A DNA stretch of 64,000 bases. Origin: Bacteriovoracaceae bacterium (lineage in GTDB: Bacteria > Bdellovibrionota > Bacteriovoracia > Bacteriovoracales > Bacteriovoracaceae). The stretch lies in the NCBI GenBank assembly GCA_041586955.1, contig JBFGZE010000002.1:32001-96000 (forward strand), in the 5' to 3' direction. A program made the position numbers and the translations under genes. Below the pieces are notes generated by a model that saw only the letters and a program-made list of their open reading frames with translations, had not been told where the DNA came from and searched no databases. This document shows positions 49,092 through 59,006 of this stretch, one piece after another; positions within the stretch are counted from its first letter, which is position 1, and every line of letters starts with the position of its first letter.

Positions 49092-50054
49092 TTAGACCTC
49101 ATAACCCTTCGTCGAGGGACGAACGATACGAGAATAAAGGGTTAAATTTTTATCAAAAATAAAACGTAATAATAATTTAGTCCATGATTGATGAGCGTAA
49201 AGTTCATCGTAAAATTCAGGTGCCATCGCTTTGAGTTTGGGTAAGTGAATCCAAGGAACTTTAAAGAGATCATGGTGCTCATTATGGTAGCCAATATTGA
49301 AATTGATCTTGTTTAAGATGCCATAATAGGAATAGGTTTCTTGATCTTCTTTAAAAAGATAATGCTCTTGAATCCAGCGCGCTCCAACGGGGTGTAAACC
49401 AACAGCGAAGAAAGTTGAAAGCAGAAGATAGCCGAGCGCCTGAGGTCCTCCCCACCAATAAATGAGAGTATTAAAAGCGATGACAGCGACAAAATTAATT
49501 ATTAACCATAGGTCGATTAGACTGCCTTTTTTGAGGCGCATGGGGCGTACCGCTTCAACAGCAAGAAACCCAAGAAACCAAATAATTTTACGGAAAGGTG
49601 AACGACCAACCCATTGGGCCTCTTTATGAAAGGCCATATCTGCATCATAATCATATTCTGACATATGCGCATGGTGGATAATATGGAAAGTTCGAAAGCC
49701 AATAGCACTGGGAAAACCTTGCGCCAAATTGCAAATAATACCAAGAATCCGATTATTATTTTTGCCTTTGACAATGAGATCGTGGGCCGCCTCATGCATC
49801 ATTGCAAAGAGTCCATGATTCATAATGGCGCCAATGAGGAAAGACGCCAATAAAACCCATCCCCAGGAGAGGTCATTAAGACCTAAGTATAAGGCAATGG
49901 CGACTTGAATAGCGGTCCATACTAGAATATAGAGAGCAGACAGGGGATAGGGTCCCATTAATTCTCTCACTTCGGGGTACTTTTTAACAATCTCTCGACC
50001 GCGGGCAACATGGGGATTGGGGTCGGTGGTAAATCTAAACTGGTCCTTACGCAT
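49092..50054 (-). CDS. Membrane desaturase, sphingolipid Delta4-desaturase/C4-hydroxylase (DEGS) type
   Basis: N-terminal F....PH..R.REI..KYPE...L.GP. His boxes HEAAH, HIIHH, HNEHH. ETYSYYG.LN...FN.GYHNEHHD. Confidence 0.85.
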   Translation of the reverse strand: MRKDQFRFTTDPNPHVARGREIVKKYPEVRELMGPYPLSALYILVWTAIQVAIALYLGLNDLSWGWVLLASFLIGAIMNHGLFAMMHEAAHDLIVKGKNNNRILGIICNLAQGFPSAIGFRTFHIIHHAHMSEYDYDADMAFHKEAQWVGRSPFRKIIWFLGFLAVEAVRPMRLKKGSLIDLWLIINFVAVIAFNTLIYWWGGPQALGYLLLSTFFAVGLHPVGARWIQEHYLFKEDQETYSYYGILNKINFNIGYHNEHHDLFKVPWIHLPKLKAMAPEFYDELYAHQSWTKLLLRFIFDKNLTLYSRIVRPSTKGYEV

Positions 50055-50144
50055 GGACAATTCCTCTAGGATTAAGCAAAATATGCAGCGAAATGAAAGG
50101 TTATATAATGCCAAAGGCCAGATGGCCAAACACAGGTCGTCACT

Positions 50145-51125
50145 ATGTCACACATTCTTCTTAAAAAACGTTATCAATTAGAGTATTGCCGGGATACAAG
50201 GCCAAGCGTCTCTCTCGGTCCTCATGATCTGCATATACAAACCTATTACTCTGGGCTTAATTTTGCCGATGTGATGATGTATATGGGCCTTTATCCGGAT
50301 GCACCGAGTTATCCTTTTGTTCCCGGGTATGAATTCAGCGGCAAGGTTTTGGCCGTTGGTAGTCAAGTTGTCGGCTTTAAAGAAGGGGATGAAGTCATGG
50401 GGGGGCGTCAATTCGGTGCGATGGCCGAGGAAATTACAGTCGCCGCTTCCCACTGTCTTGTTTTACCCAATAGTCATACTTTGGCCGAGGGAGCAGGCTC
50501 TCTTGTCAGTTTTCTCACGGCCTTTATTGCTCTTGAAGAAATGGCGCGCCTACGGCCAGGTGAGAAATGTTTGGTGGATTGTGCTTCTGGTTCGTTGGGA
50601 GTTATGCTTGGCCATTATGCTAGGAAATTTGATTTAACCATGACTGGCCTCACTTCAAGTCCTTATAAAAAAGGTCTAATTGAGGAAAGAGGAATGCTCG
50701 CCTTAACCTTTGAAGAATGGCATCAAACCACAGATCAATATGACATTATTATTAATACTAGAGGTGGCAAATTCCTCAAAGATAATTATAAACGCTTGGC
50801 GCCTATGGGGAGAATGATTGCCCTAGGCGCGAGCTCTTTTTTTCAAGGGCACCGCCTTAATCCTATTACCCTTTTAAAGGGGCTCTTCCAAACGCCTCGT
50901 TTCGGCGCTATTCCATTGATGAATGATAATCGCATCGTTGGCGGTCTTAATGTTTTACATCTGTTTAACAACCAGGAGCTCATCACCCGGGCCTTAGATG
51001 CCTTTCGCCTTTGGGCGCCAAAACCTGTCATTGATGTTATAATACCAGCGGCTCAGGGGCAAAAGGCCTATGACCGCCTTTTGAATAAAGAAAGTGCCGG
51101 TAAGATTCTTCTTCAATGGAGGTAG
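50145..51125 (+). CDS. MDR-family NADPH oxidoreductase (VAT-1-like)
   Basis: GLNFADVM..GLYP..P..PFVPGYEFSG, LMNDNR, GKILL. Confidence 0.85.
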   Translation: MSHILLKKRYQLEYCRDTRPSVSLGPHDLHIQTYYSGLNFADVMMYMGLYPDAPSYPFVPGYEFSGKVLAVGSQVVGFKEGDEVMGGRQFGAMAEEITVAASHCLVLPNSHTLAEGAGSLVSFLTAFIALEEMARLRPGEKCLVDCASGSLGVMLGHYARKFDLTMTGLTSSPYKKGLIEERGMLALTFEEWHQTTDQYDIIINTRGGKFLKDNYKRLAPMGRMIALGASSFFQGHRLNPITLLKGLFQTPRFGAIPLMNDNRIVGGLNVLHLFNNQELITRALDAFRLWAPKPVIDVIIPAAQGQKAYDRLLNKESAGKILLQWR

Positions 51126-51128
51126 AAA

Positions 51129-51800
51129 ATGTGCTTTTCTTTGAAGGTTATTCGCGATCTCAATACGTTAGCGAATCAATTTTCCGCCAAAATTGACCGG
51201 CAGGCCTTTCAACAATTCCATCACTTAGGCCAGTCGATGGCCAAGACGTTTAAGGCCCCGGATGCCCAAAACCGCATTTTTCCCAATTATTTTTCTCCCA
51301 TTATTACCATGCAGCAAGGGCAGAAAATTATTAGACCGATGCGCTATCGGTTACGACCGGCCGGTAGTCCGAAAGAGGTTCCGGCCAAATATAATCTTTT
51401 TAATGCCCGTCGGGACTCTCTATGGACTCGCCAAAGCTGGAAGACGTTATTAGGTCATAATCATGGGCTGATTGTTTTTGAGGAATTTTATGAATGGGTG
51501 CCAGGGGAGTCTGGAAAGTCCAAATTGGTTTCCTTTCGGCCAAAAGACCGGGAATTTATGTGGGCCCCCTGTCTCTTTGATTATTGGCAGGAACCGCAAA
51601 AAAAATATGGTTTTTATTCATTTGCGATTATTACCGATCGGCCGAATCCTGAAATTGTAGAACATGGCCATGAGCGGTGTCCGCTTTTTTTAAAGCGTGA
51701 ACGGATCGAAGAATGGTTGCAATGGCAGGGGGATCATGCGGGCCTAGATGAGCTTTTTAATGCCCAAGAGAATGTGTATTATCAATGCCAGGATCAATAA
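51129..51800 (+). CDS. SRAP family abasic-site protection protein (YedK/HMCES-like)
   Basis: N-terminal MC (Cys2), LFNARRDSL, FYEW, SFAIIT, GHERCP. Confidence 0.88.
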   Translation: MCFSLKVIRDLNTLANQFSAKIDRQAFQQFHHLGQSMAKTFKAPDAQNRIFPNYFSPIITMQQGQKIIRPMRYRLRPAGSPKEVPAKYNLFNARRDSLWTRQSWKTLLGHNHGLIVFEEFYEWVPGESGKSKLVSFRPKDREFMWAPCLFDYWQEPQKKYGFYSFAIITDRPNPEIVEHGHERCPLFLKRERIEEWLQWQGDHAGLDELFNAQENVYYQCQDQ

Positions 51801-51857
51801 GAACTAGAATTTTGCCCTCTCCCTTGGTAAATATAGCGCCTAACAAAAATGAGGTAA

Positions 51858-53546
51858 ATGGTGAAAAAAACGTTTTTAGAGATTATGGCGCTCGAGGCCA
51901 AAAATTATCAGGGTCTTGATCAAATCCACCAATTGATTCAAACTGATGCTGAGTTGGTTAATATTCCCTACCAGCCGCTTTATCTTGCCATAAAAAGTCT
52001 TAATAGCGATGAAGTCGCTAAAATACTACCTCGTTTGAGTATTGAGCAAAGACAAACTTTTCGCGACTTAGATCTTTGGTCGCGAGATAACATCGATGCT
52101 AATGCTTTTAATTTCTGGATCCAGGCTTACGAAGGGTGTCAAGAGGAATTCATCCGTTTTGAAATGGCACAGTCCCCTGAATTCCTTTTATTCCTTAAGG
52201 CCCGTATCAATATATGGACCTTTGATGTTGAAGAACCGCTTTACCCTGATCATGATTTCTATTTTTTAACCGATGATAGTTTATTATTAATTGAATATGA
52301 TGAGACCTTTGAATACGCGCATGAAGTGCGGGAATTGATTCGCCAATTATATGGCACATGGGGCGTGGAAAAGGCATATACTTTTCTCTTTAAAATGGTA
52401 TCAACCTCTTACCTGCAATTAGAAGAAAACGAATACACCTTAAAGAAAGAGCGGTTGCGCGATTTTGGTTTTGTTGATTATCATGAGGCACTTAATGTCG
52501 ATACCGCGTTTGCTAATATTGCTGTCATGGATAATTATTTGCAAAAAAAAGTTAAGTCCACTGGAGAAATTGACCGCGTTTCCCACAATCAAATTCTCGA
52601 CTCCACTAGTTTACGGCCCTATGAGGCCCTAGGTGATATTGAAAAAGAATTGGCCCTCCTTGAAGATGAAAAGCGACAAGAGTTTTTACAATTTAATTTT
52701 ATGCGATTGGTGAACGCTGGCCTGGCCTTAAATGAAGCGCTTAAAGCGGGAAGCCTAGCGGTTTCTCGAGTCGGTGAGCTCACTCGAAGCCTTCTCGAAT
52801 TAGGTTTTGATTATATTAAGTCCCAATCTTATGGGCAGGGTCTCGAAGAGGGGATTTTTTCAAAATATGAATTTACTGATATCTACCGGGTAGGTGTCAC
52901 GTTGGTGCGTAGTGAATTGCGTAAGGTTAAAAAAGCACTTAGCTCCCATCAATTTGATGGTGAGGACGAGGCCTTTCTAGGAGAGTATTGGGTTGAGTTT
53001 ATTCAAAATAGCTTTTTACGGCCTTCTCGTTTCCGGCCAGATCTGGCCGACAAGGCAAAACTATTAAATTCCATGATCGTTTATACTCCGTGGGCCGTCC
53101 AATGCCAGCTTTTGATTGAACAAATGCCTTTTATCTCCTCTATGCGAACATCTTTTAGTGAATTGAAAAATAATGGTCGTTTACAGGATGAGTATTATCT
53201 TAATTATCAAGTTCCCGAAATAGATTTTGAATCGATTCTCTTATCCAGTTTTATCAATCACTTTTTGGGGCATTTTGAGAAGCACAAAGGGGAAAAACTG
53301 GGGCTTAAAGTTGATGAGATCAAAGAATTTTTAATTGCGATTGGAGCTGATAGCGGCAAGCTCACTATAACTGATGAGTTGAGGGAAAAGAGGGATCAGT
53401 TTTTAACTTCTTTTGGCATGGATCAAAAAAGCATCTTTCAGGATTATTTAAATACAATTCTTACGCGGCATCTCGATGGCTATGATTTAAGCGAAATGAG
53501 TGATGACGATTTTAAGCATATGGGTGGACCTATTCTTCTGGTTTGA
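51858..53546 (+). CDS. Conserved hypothetical protein (DUF6178-like)
   Basis: DLDLWSRD, ERLRDFGFVDYHEAL resemble DUF6178 proteins as I recall them. Confidence 0.65.
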   Translation: MVKKTFLEIMALEAKNYQGLDQIHQLIQTDAELVNIPYQPLYLAIKSLNSDEVAKILPRLSIEQRQTFRDLDLWSRDNIDANAFNFWIQAYEGCQEEFIRFEMAQSPEFLLFLKARINIWTFDVEEPLYPDHDFYFLTDDSLLLIEYDETFEYAHEVRELIRQLYGTWGVEKAYTFLFKMVSTSYLQLEENEYTLKKERLRDFGFVDYHEALNVDTAFANIAVMDNYLQKKVKSTGEIDRVSHNQILDSTSLRPYEALGDIEKELALLEDEKRQEFLQFNFMRLVNAGLALNEALKAGSLAVSRVGELTRSLLELGFDYIKSQSYGQGLEEGIFSKYEFTDIYRVGVTLVRSELRKVKKALSSHQFDGEDEAFLGEYWVEFIQNSFLRPSRFRPDLADKAKLLNSMIVYTPWAVQCQLLIEQMPFISSMRTSFSELKNNGRLQDEYYLNYQVPEIDFESILLSSFINHFLGHFEKHKGEKLGLKVDEIKEFLIAIGADSGKLTITDELREKRDQFLTSFGMDQKSIFQDYLNTILTRHLDGYDLSEMSDDDFKHMGGPILLV

Positions 53547-53904
53547 GCCCAAAGGCCTGGTTAAAAATGACTGATACGCGCCGTTGAAAAGGGGCCTGAG
53601 GTCCACTTAAATGGGTGAGAATTTCTTTTTCGAGTTTTAACATATAATTTCTTTGTTCCTCGATCAGCTCCATGAGTTGAGGGTTCTCTTCATGGATTTT
53701 CACTCTATTAGCGAAAAAATCATGGAGAAGAGCAAGACGGGTATTTTCCGTTTCCAAAAAGGTATAGAGATCGTAACTATCATTACTGCGGCGAGAATCC
53801 ATTGCTTGGAGTTCCGGATTGCCCTCAAAGACTAAATCAACGACATCTTCAAAGCCCTTGAGTTCTTTGATTTGACCATTTGTTAATTTAATTTTTTTGC
53901 TCAT
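53530..53904 (-). CDS. Hypothetical protein
   Basis: 124-aa ORF coupled (4-nt overlap) to the upstream gene. Confidence 0.7.
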   Translation of the reverse strand: MSKKIKLTNGQIKELKGFEDVVDLVFEGNPELQAMDSRRSNDSYDLYTFLETENTRLALLHDFFANRVKIHEENPQLMELIEEQRNYMLKLEKEILTHLSGPQAPFQRRVSVIFNQAFGLKPEE

Positions 53905-54398
53905 GCTTTTACCTTGGCCTTGAGTTTATTTAATAATTGCTCTAAAAAAGCATTATAGGTGGTCATTTCTTTTAATTCCTTTTGAAGAGGGCGAATAGTT
54001 TCTAAATATTTTAATTGCTCTTCGATATTGAGATTGGCCAATTTTTTTGCCTGTACATTAGTTTTGTTTAAAAGGCTTTTTTCTTTTGCCTTTAGGCGCT
54101 TTGTTTTGCGCTGAAAATGACCTGGCAATTGAGAGCGCGAGGGTATAAGCGTTAAAAAGGAAAACTCTTTGAGGTGAGGAGTGATAACATAAAAAGGATA
54201 GGGGAAGGGGGTGTATTGTCCCTTCCGTTCCAAACAGTCGCTAATGGTAGTTAAGACATTAACAATTTCATTAGCGGGGACTTTGTGAAGGTCGACAAAG
54301 TAAGGGTGCTCTTGTGGGACTTTGTTTTTCATGGCAACCTCAATCTGATCAGGGTTTAGACCAAAAAACTCAAGTTCTTCTAAGATAGGGGCGCGCAT
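53901..54398 (-). CDS. Hypothetical protein with C-terminal coiled coil
   Basis: AGGAG RBS before ATG 54398. ORF extends to 54413. Confidence 0.7.
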   Translation of the reverse strand: MRAPILEELEFFGLNPDQIEVAMKNKVPQEHPYFVDLHKVPANEIVNVLTTISDCLERKGQYTPFPYPFYVITPHLKEFSFLTLIPSRSQLPGHFQRKTKRLKAKEKSLLNKTNVQAKKLANLNIEEQLKYLETIRPLQKELKEMTTYNAFLEQLLNKLKAKVKA

Positions 54399-54465
54399 TT
54401 TTTCTCCTTTCATTTATTATACTTGAAATTTTGCTCATATTGCTGCTTTTCGCTAAAATAAGAGA

Positions 54466-55137
54466 ATGATTAATTTTCGTTATGTAGATATACCACGTGT
54501 GATCCTTCCCCTATTAAAGTCTAACATGACTTCTACAGGGCCTCTCTTTCTCAAGCTACCTCATTATTTTAAAGAGAATGCCTTTCTTAGTTATTTGGCA
54601 GAAACAAAATTATCCGATTTGGATGATCAAGGAAGACCGGAAAAAATGGTCACTTCTATTGGCTGGCTGGGACTGCGTAATCGTTTAATTCGCCACTTTT
54701 TGGAGGAGAAATATCCAGAATTAGAGAAATTACCGATGGCCGAAGAATGGCCTTTAAAATTTGCAATGAAAGCAGATGATTATAGTTTACCTGGTTATTC
54801 TCGCGGGCTTTTATTGGGCCTTTACTTTTATATTGATGGCCTTAATCAAGGCCTGGAGTATCAAATGACTGATCTCGTTCCTCCCTCTATTTTTGAATTA
54901 ATGGATCAAATGAATGGCCGCAAACCTGAAGTGGACTGGCTTATATTGATTCTCCTTCATTTGAATGAATTTTTGGGGCCTCAAAAACTGGAAAGCTTGA
55001 TTCAGGCGGGAATGGGCTTCAATAAAATTCATTCACAATTATCTTTTGAGGACCAGGAAACGATGGCCAGAAATTTGCTTAAATATGGCGCCTCCATAGG
55101 GGAGAAGGATTTTTTTCACAGTGAGGTCATATTATGA
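54466..55137 (+). CDS. Hypothetical helical protein
   Basis: 223-aa ORF with ATGA overlap to the next gene. Confidence 0.7.
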   Translation: MINFRYVDIPRVILPLLKSNMTSTGPLFLKLPHYFKENAFLSYLAETKLSDLDDQGRPEKMVTSIGWLGLRNRLIRHFLEEKYPELEKLPMAEEWPLKFAMKADDYSLPGYSRGLLLGLYFYIDGLNQGLEYQMTDLVPPSIFELMDQMNGRKPEVDWLILILLHLNEFLGPQKLESLIQAGMGFNKIHSQLSFEDQETMARNLLKYGASIGEKDFFHSEVIL

Positions 55138-56183
55138 TGGGGACGAGCGAGAATTTGATGTGGAAATTATTGGAAGACCTCAACCAGAAAAAAGGTGTCA
55201 CTGAAATAGTCGTTAATCATGAAGACCGGGTCTTTGTCGAAATTAATGGCAAGTTCATTCAATTAAATTACCAACTCACGACTAATGATATTTATGAATT
55301 TATTGAAGAGGTTGCGGAGTATAATCAAAAAATATTTAATCGTGATCATCCACTTTTTAATGGAACTTTACCTGACGGCTCACGTATCAACGCCGTTTGC
55401 GAGCCCTATGCCAGTGAAGGGCCAGTGGTAACCATTCGTAAATATTTATTGCGCTCTTATACACTTGACCAAAATCCAGGTATTTTTGGTCTCACAGAGA
55501 AATGGGGCCCTTTTATTAAGGCGATGATTAAAGGCCATTTTAATATTATTGTGGCCGGAGCTACGGGGTGTGGGAAAACTACTTTACTTAACCTTCTTTT
55601 GCAGCTCATCCCTCCTAATGAGCGCTTGATTCTTATTGAAGATACGGAAGAAATTAATATTAAGCACCCTAATTCAGTAAAGCTTTTGACCCAAATGAAT
55701 AATACTAATGGGCAGTCATCAACTGGCGCCAAAGAATTGATACGGCATTCATTGCGCATGAGACCAGATCGTATTATTGTAGGTGAGGTTCGCGGAGCGG
55801 AGCTTTATGACCTTTTTCAAGTAATGATGACAGGACATGAAGGATCCATGACCACGATTCATGCCAATAATGCACGCGAGGTCTTATTTCGCATGGAAAG
55901 CCTTTTTATGATGGGCAGTGAGCATGAAATCCCCGTCCCGGTGATTCGACGGTATTTGACAAGTGCTGTTCACTTTATCATCTACCTGAATCGAGATAAA
56001 GAGGGGAATCGCTTTATCGAGGAAATTATTGAATTGGGTGGTATGGAAGATGGAAATTATCTCACCCAAAGTTTAGCGAAAGGTGATGCTCAGGGCCTAA
56101 AAACCACAGGAAATGTCAGCCAATATATGGACCGACTTTCCAAAGCAGGCGGTTTACCTCGCAATTATTTCTTAGAGGATTAA
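55134..56183 (+). CDS. CpaF/TadA-family secretion ATPase
   Basis: LPDGSRINAV, TIRK, GATGCGKTT, IEDTEE, LRMRPDRIIVGEVRG, TGHEGSMTTIHAN. Confidence 0.92.
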   Translation: MMGTSENLMWKLLEDLNQKKGVTEIVVNHEDRVFVEINGKFIQLNYQLTTNDIYEFIEEVAEYNQKIFNRDHPLFNGTLPDGSRINAVCEPYASEGPVVTIRKYLLRSYTLDQNPGIFGLTEKWGPFIKAMIKGHFNIIVAGATGCGKTTLLNLLLQLIPPNERLILIEDTEEINIKHPNSVKLLTQMNNTNGQSSTGAKELIRHSLRMRPDRIIVGEVRGAELYDLFQVMMTGHEGSMTTIHANNAREVLFRMESLFMMGSEHEIPVPVIRRYLTSAVHFIIYLNRDKEGNRFIEEIIELGGMEDGNYLTQSLAKGDAQGLKTTGNVSQYMDRLSKAGGLPRNYFLED

Positions 56184-56185
56184 CC

Positions 56186-56815
56186 ATGGTTGAATATATT
56201 ATTGGAAATAACCCTGATGGCCGCATTATAAATAAGGCGAAATTGCTATTAGAAAGAGGCGAGTTGATTATTTTCCCCTCTGATACCAATTGGGTGATGG
56301 CGTGTAATCCTTTCTCTAAGAAGGGAGTCGATGCTTTTTATCGCGCTCGGAAAAAAGATCAAAAAAAACATTTCAGTCTCTTCATTAATAATTGGTCACA
56401 GGCCCAAGAAGTGGCCTATATTAGCGATTCTCATTTTCGTCTTTTAAAGAATAAAGTACCAGGCCATTATACTTTTATTTTTAAGGCCACTAAAAAAATC
56501 ACGAAGGCCTTAAAGGCCTCTCACGTTGATCACCAAGTGGGCATTCGTTTTGCACCTGGTAAGCTAATCAATCATCTTTTAAATGATCAAGTCTTGATGG
56601 CCGGCCATATTGATCCAGATGAGCTTGGCCTTGAAGATGCTGATAGTATTTACGGACTATTACTTGAAGAGCAATTTAGAAGTTCCGTAAAAATGATTCT
56701 AGACCCTGGAGAGTATGACTTTGTTGGACCTTCAACCATTATCGATTTTTGTAATGAAGAGAGTCCCTTTCTCGTGCGAGAAGGGGCCGGAAGCATTGCT
56801 CCCTTTGGTCTTTAA
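56186..56815 (+). CDS. Sua5/YciO/YrdC family protein
   Basis: IIFPSDT, PGHYTFI, VGIR, PSTIID, VREGAG. Confidence 0.88.
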   Translation: MVEYIIGNNPDGRIINKAKLLLERGELIIFPSDTNWVMACNPFSKKGVDAFYRARKKDQKKHFSLFINNWSQAQEVAYISDSHFRLLKNKVPGHYTFIFKATKKITKALKASHVDHQVGIRFAPGKLINHLLNDQVLMAGHIDPDELGLEDADSIYGLLLEEQFRSSVKMILDPGEYDFVGPSTIIDFCNEESPFLVREGAGSIAPFGL

Positions 56816-56855
56816 GTCGCAGGTTTATTTTATTTAAAGTGATTCGGCCTTAAAG

Positions 56856-57743
56856 CTAGAGATTCATAAATTCAAGGTTGATCCTGTCTTTCGTTTTTCC
56901 TTCGAGATAGCCGAGTTCGTATTTATTTAGAGCATCCCGAATGGCACCATTTTTAACCAACAATAGAAATGTCTCCTTCTCATTAAAACTCAAAGAACGA
57001 AACTTTTTAATCGCTTCTAAAGCAAAATAAACTGGAAAATCTCGCCAAACAAAAATTTCTCGATTGAATAATTCTCTGGCCAGCTCAATCACTTTTTCTG
57101 GGGCATTATCCTCTTTTATTGGAATTCCTAAGTGTCGATATGCTTCCCGGGTATAAAACCAACTTGACCTACGGCTCCCCCAAACATTTTGGGCAACAGG
57201 CAAATCCTTAGATATTTGGAGAATCGTCTTACCATATCTCACATCGCCTTGATAGCTAGACATCGTTACTGAAAAATAAACAAATCGGTGGGCTCCGTAT
57301 ATCGTTTCTTCATCTTGGGCAACATACTGTTTTCTCACTTGTGTAATGGCATGCTCATTTCTTTTCTCTACAGAAAGAAGACCGTTGGACTGGATAATAT
57401 ACGGAATTGCATCCACAGAAGTGCGATGCTCTAATATTGGCTCAAGATCTAAAACGGCATTTTTTATCTTTAATTCATCGGAGGTTAGTTGACCGAGTTC
57501 TGCAATTAAGTTTGATATATTGTCGGCAGATTTTTTCGCAATAAATTGCGAGGAGTAGGTGGTTAAATTTGAGTCAACTGATGGAGTTTGTAGTGCAGAC
57601 CTATTGAGAATAGGCATCATCAGATCGAGACAATTGTGCGGTCCACTAGCGTTTGTTGTTGATACGGAAATTAATGCTAAAAACAAAATAAAAGAATTGA
57701 TAAATAACTTTCTACTCATTGTCATGATCTCTTGTTTTTTCAT
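56856..57743 (-). CDS. Secreted hypothetical protein, possible ADP-ribosyltransferase fold
   Basis: Signal peptide. LEHRT..I..IIQSNGLLS, FVYFS, RYG, C-terminal YLEG. Confidence 0.65.
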   Translation of the reverse strand: MKKQEIMTMSRKLFINSFILFLALISVSTTNASGPHNCLDLMMPILNRSALQTPSVDSNLTTYSSQFIAKKSADNISNLIAELGQLTSDELKIKNAVLDLEPILEHRTSVDAIPYIIQSNGLLSVEKRNEHAITQVRKQYVAQDEETIYGAHRFVYFSVTMSSYQGDVRYGKTILQISKDLPVAQNVWGSRRSSWFYTREAYRHLGIPIKEDNAPEKVIELARELFNREIFVWRDFPVYFALEAIKKFRSLSFNEKETFLLLVKNGAIRDALNKYELGYLEGKTKDRINLEFMNL

Positions 57744-58260
57744 TTGTCACTTTCCCTAAGGCCGGATGGGCCTAAACGACAGCTGGCCTTAATATAATCT
57801 TTGTCTACTCATTTGAGATTCACTGGCCGGGTTTTGTGTCAGTATTAATAATATTAATGGATATTAGTACAAAGTAGCACTCGTCTCATGGTGATTTCCC
57901 ACAAATTACATACCTGTTAAAAAACTGACATATATAAAAGGCCTTTAAAATGGAAATAAATGAATACATTTTAACAACTTAGTTTTTTCTACTCTGATTA
58001 ATGTTTAAGAGTTGAAGGTTAAGCCTAACCATTACAAAACCTTCAATATCTTGGCATGGTGGCGTTTCGAGTTCCTTTATTATTCACCTAGGTCGTTCGT
58101 ATTACAAAGAGCTCACAATCGACTAGAAACTAAACATTGTCTAAGTTTTTTCATGGGGGAAGCTTTCTATCATATGGTATTTAGGTGAATCGTATTAAAT
58201 ATTATTGGCCTCTCCATTGCAGCAGAATAAGAACTATTATCAAGAGATTTGGAGGGTGAA

Positions 58261-58938
58261 ATGAAAAATTTAATCCTAATCACATTAATGGCCATTTTAT
58301 CTTTCAATATTGCAGGCCTTGAATCTCAGAATGGCCTTGAACAAATTTGTGGACCTACGGCCTATGATGCTTATGTTGGACTCCGACATAGCTTAGCAAT
58401 AGAAAGCTCTCGCTTAAACGACATGAAATATGAAGCACATCACGAGGAAATCAAGAAAGCAATTGCTACCATAAAAAATGATTTAAAATTTTATACAGAG
58501 GAAAAGCAAAAGGAATTATTGGCCGACAATTATAAAAAAATGGCCGCTTGTGAAAAATTAAAGCAGTCAAAAAAAGAAAAAGAATTTATGATGGAAGAGA
58601 AGATGGAGGAGCGGTATTGTGGTAATACCGGTTATGATGAGTATATTTTTCTCATTCACTCTAAAGAAATTGAACAAGCACGTTTAAAAGATTTGAAATA
58701 TCAGCGTCACCATGAAGATCTGCGTAAAATGATTGCTCGTATTGATAAAAAGCTTGAGAATTATACAAAAGAGAAGCTTGAGCTTTTACTCGTTCAAAAT
58801 AATACTCAATTTAAAGCATGCCTAGAGTACCGGCAAAAAAAGGCCTCAACAATTGCAGCGGGCGCTCGTCAGGAGAAAGAGTTGCTATTTGAAAAGAGCT
58901 CGCATGTTGACTTCCATAATACTTCTTTTCACAAATAA
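58261..58938 (+). CDS. Secreted hypothetical protein with internal duplication
   Basis: GGAGG RBS, signal peptide, two copies of a CG.T.YD.Y...KY..HHE...AC module. Confidence 0.75.
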   Translation: MKNLILITLMAILSFNIAGLESQNGLEQICGPTAYDAYVGLRHSLAIESSRLNDMKYEAHHEEIKKAIATIKNDLKFYTEEKQKELLADNYKKMAACEKLKQSKKEKEFMMEEKMEERYCGNTGYDEYIFLIHSKEIEQARLKDLKYQRHHEDLRKMIARIDKKLENYTKEKLELLLVQNNTQFKACLEYRQKKASTIAAGARQEKELLFEKSSHVDFHNTSFHK

Positions 58939-59006
58939 TGATATTTTTATAAAATCTATTTCATATATCTAAAATTGATTTATAATCAATAAAAAAGGTA
59001 GATTTT

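Noticed and set aside
48687..51800. MazG + SRAP as a prophage or defence island
   Set aside because: No integrase, structural phage genes, att-like repeats or defence partners. The neighbours are metabolic genes.
57757..57792. gggcctaaac-gacagctgg hairpin resembling the 3' stem of a c-di-GMP-I riboswitch
   Set aside because: The preceding GCAAAC..GAAA..GACGCAAAGC stem is absent, and the orientation is opposite to the nearest gene.
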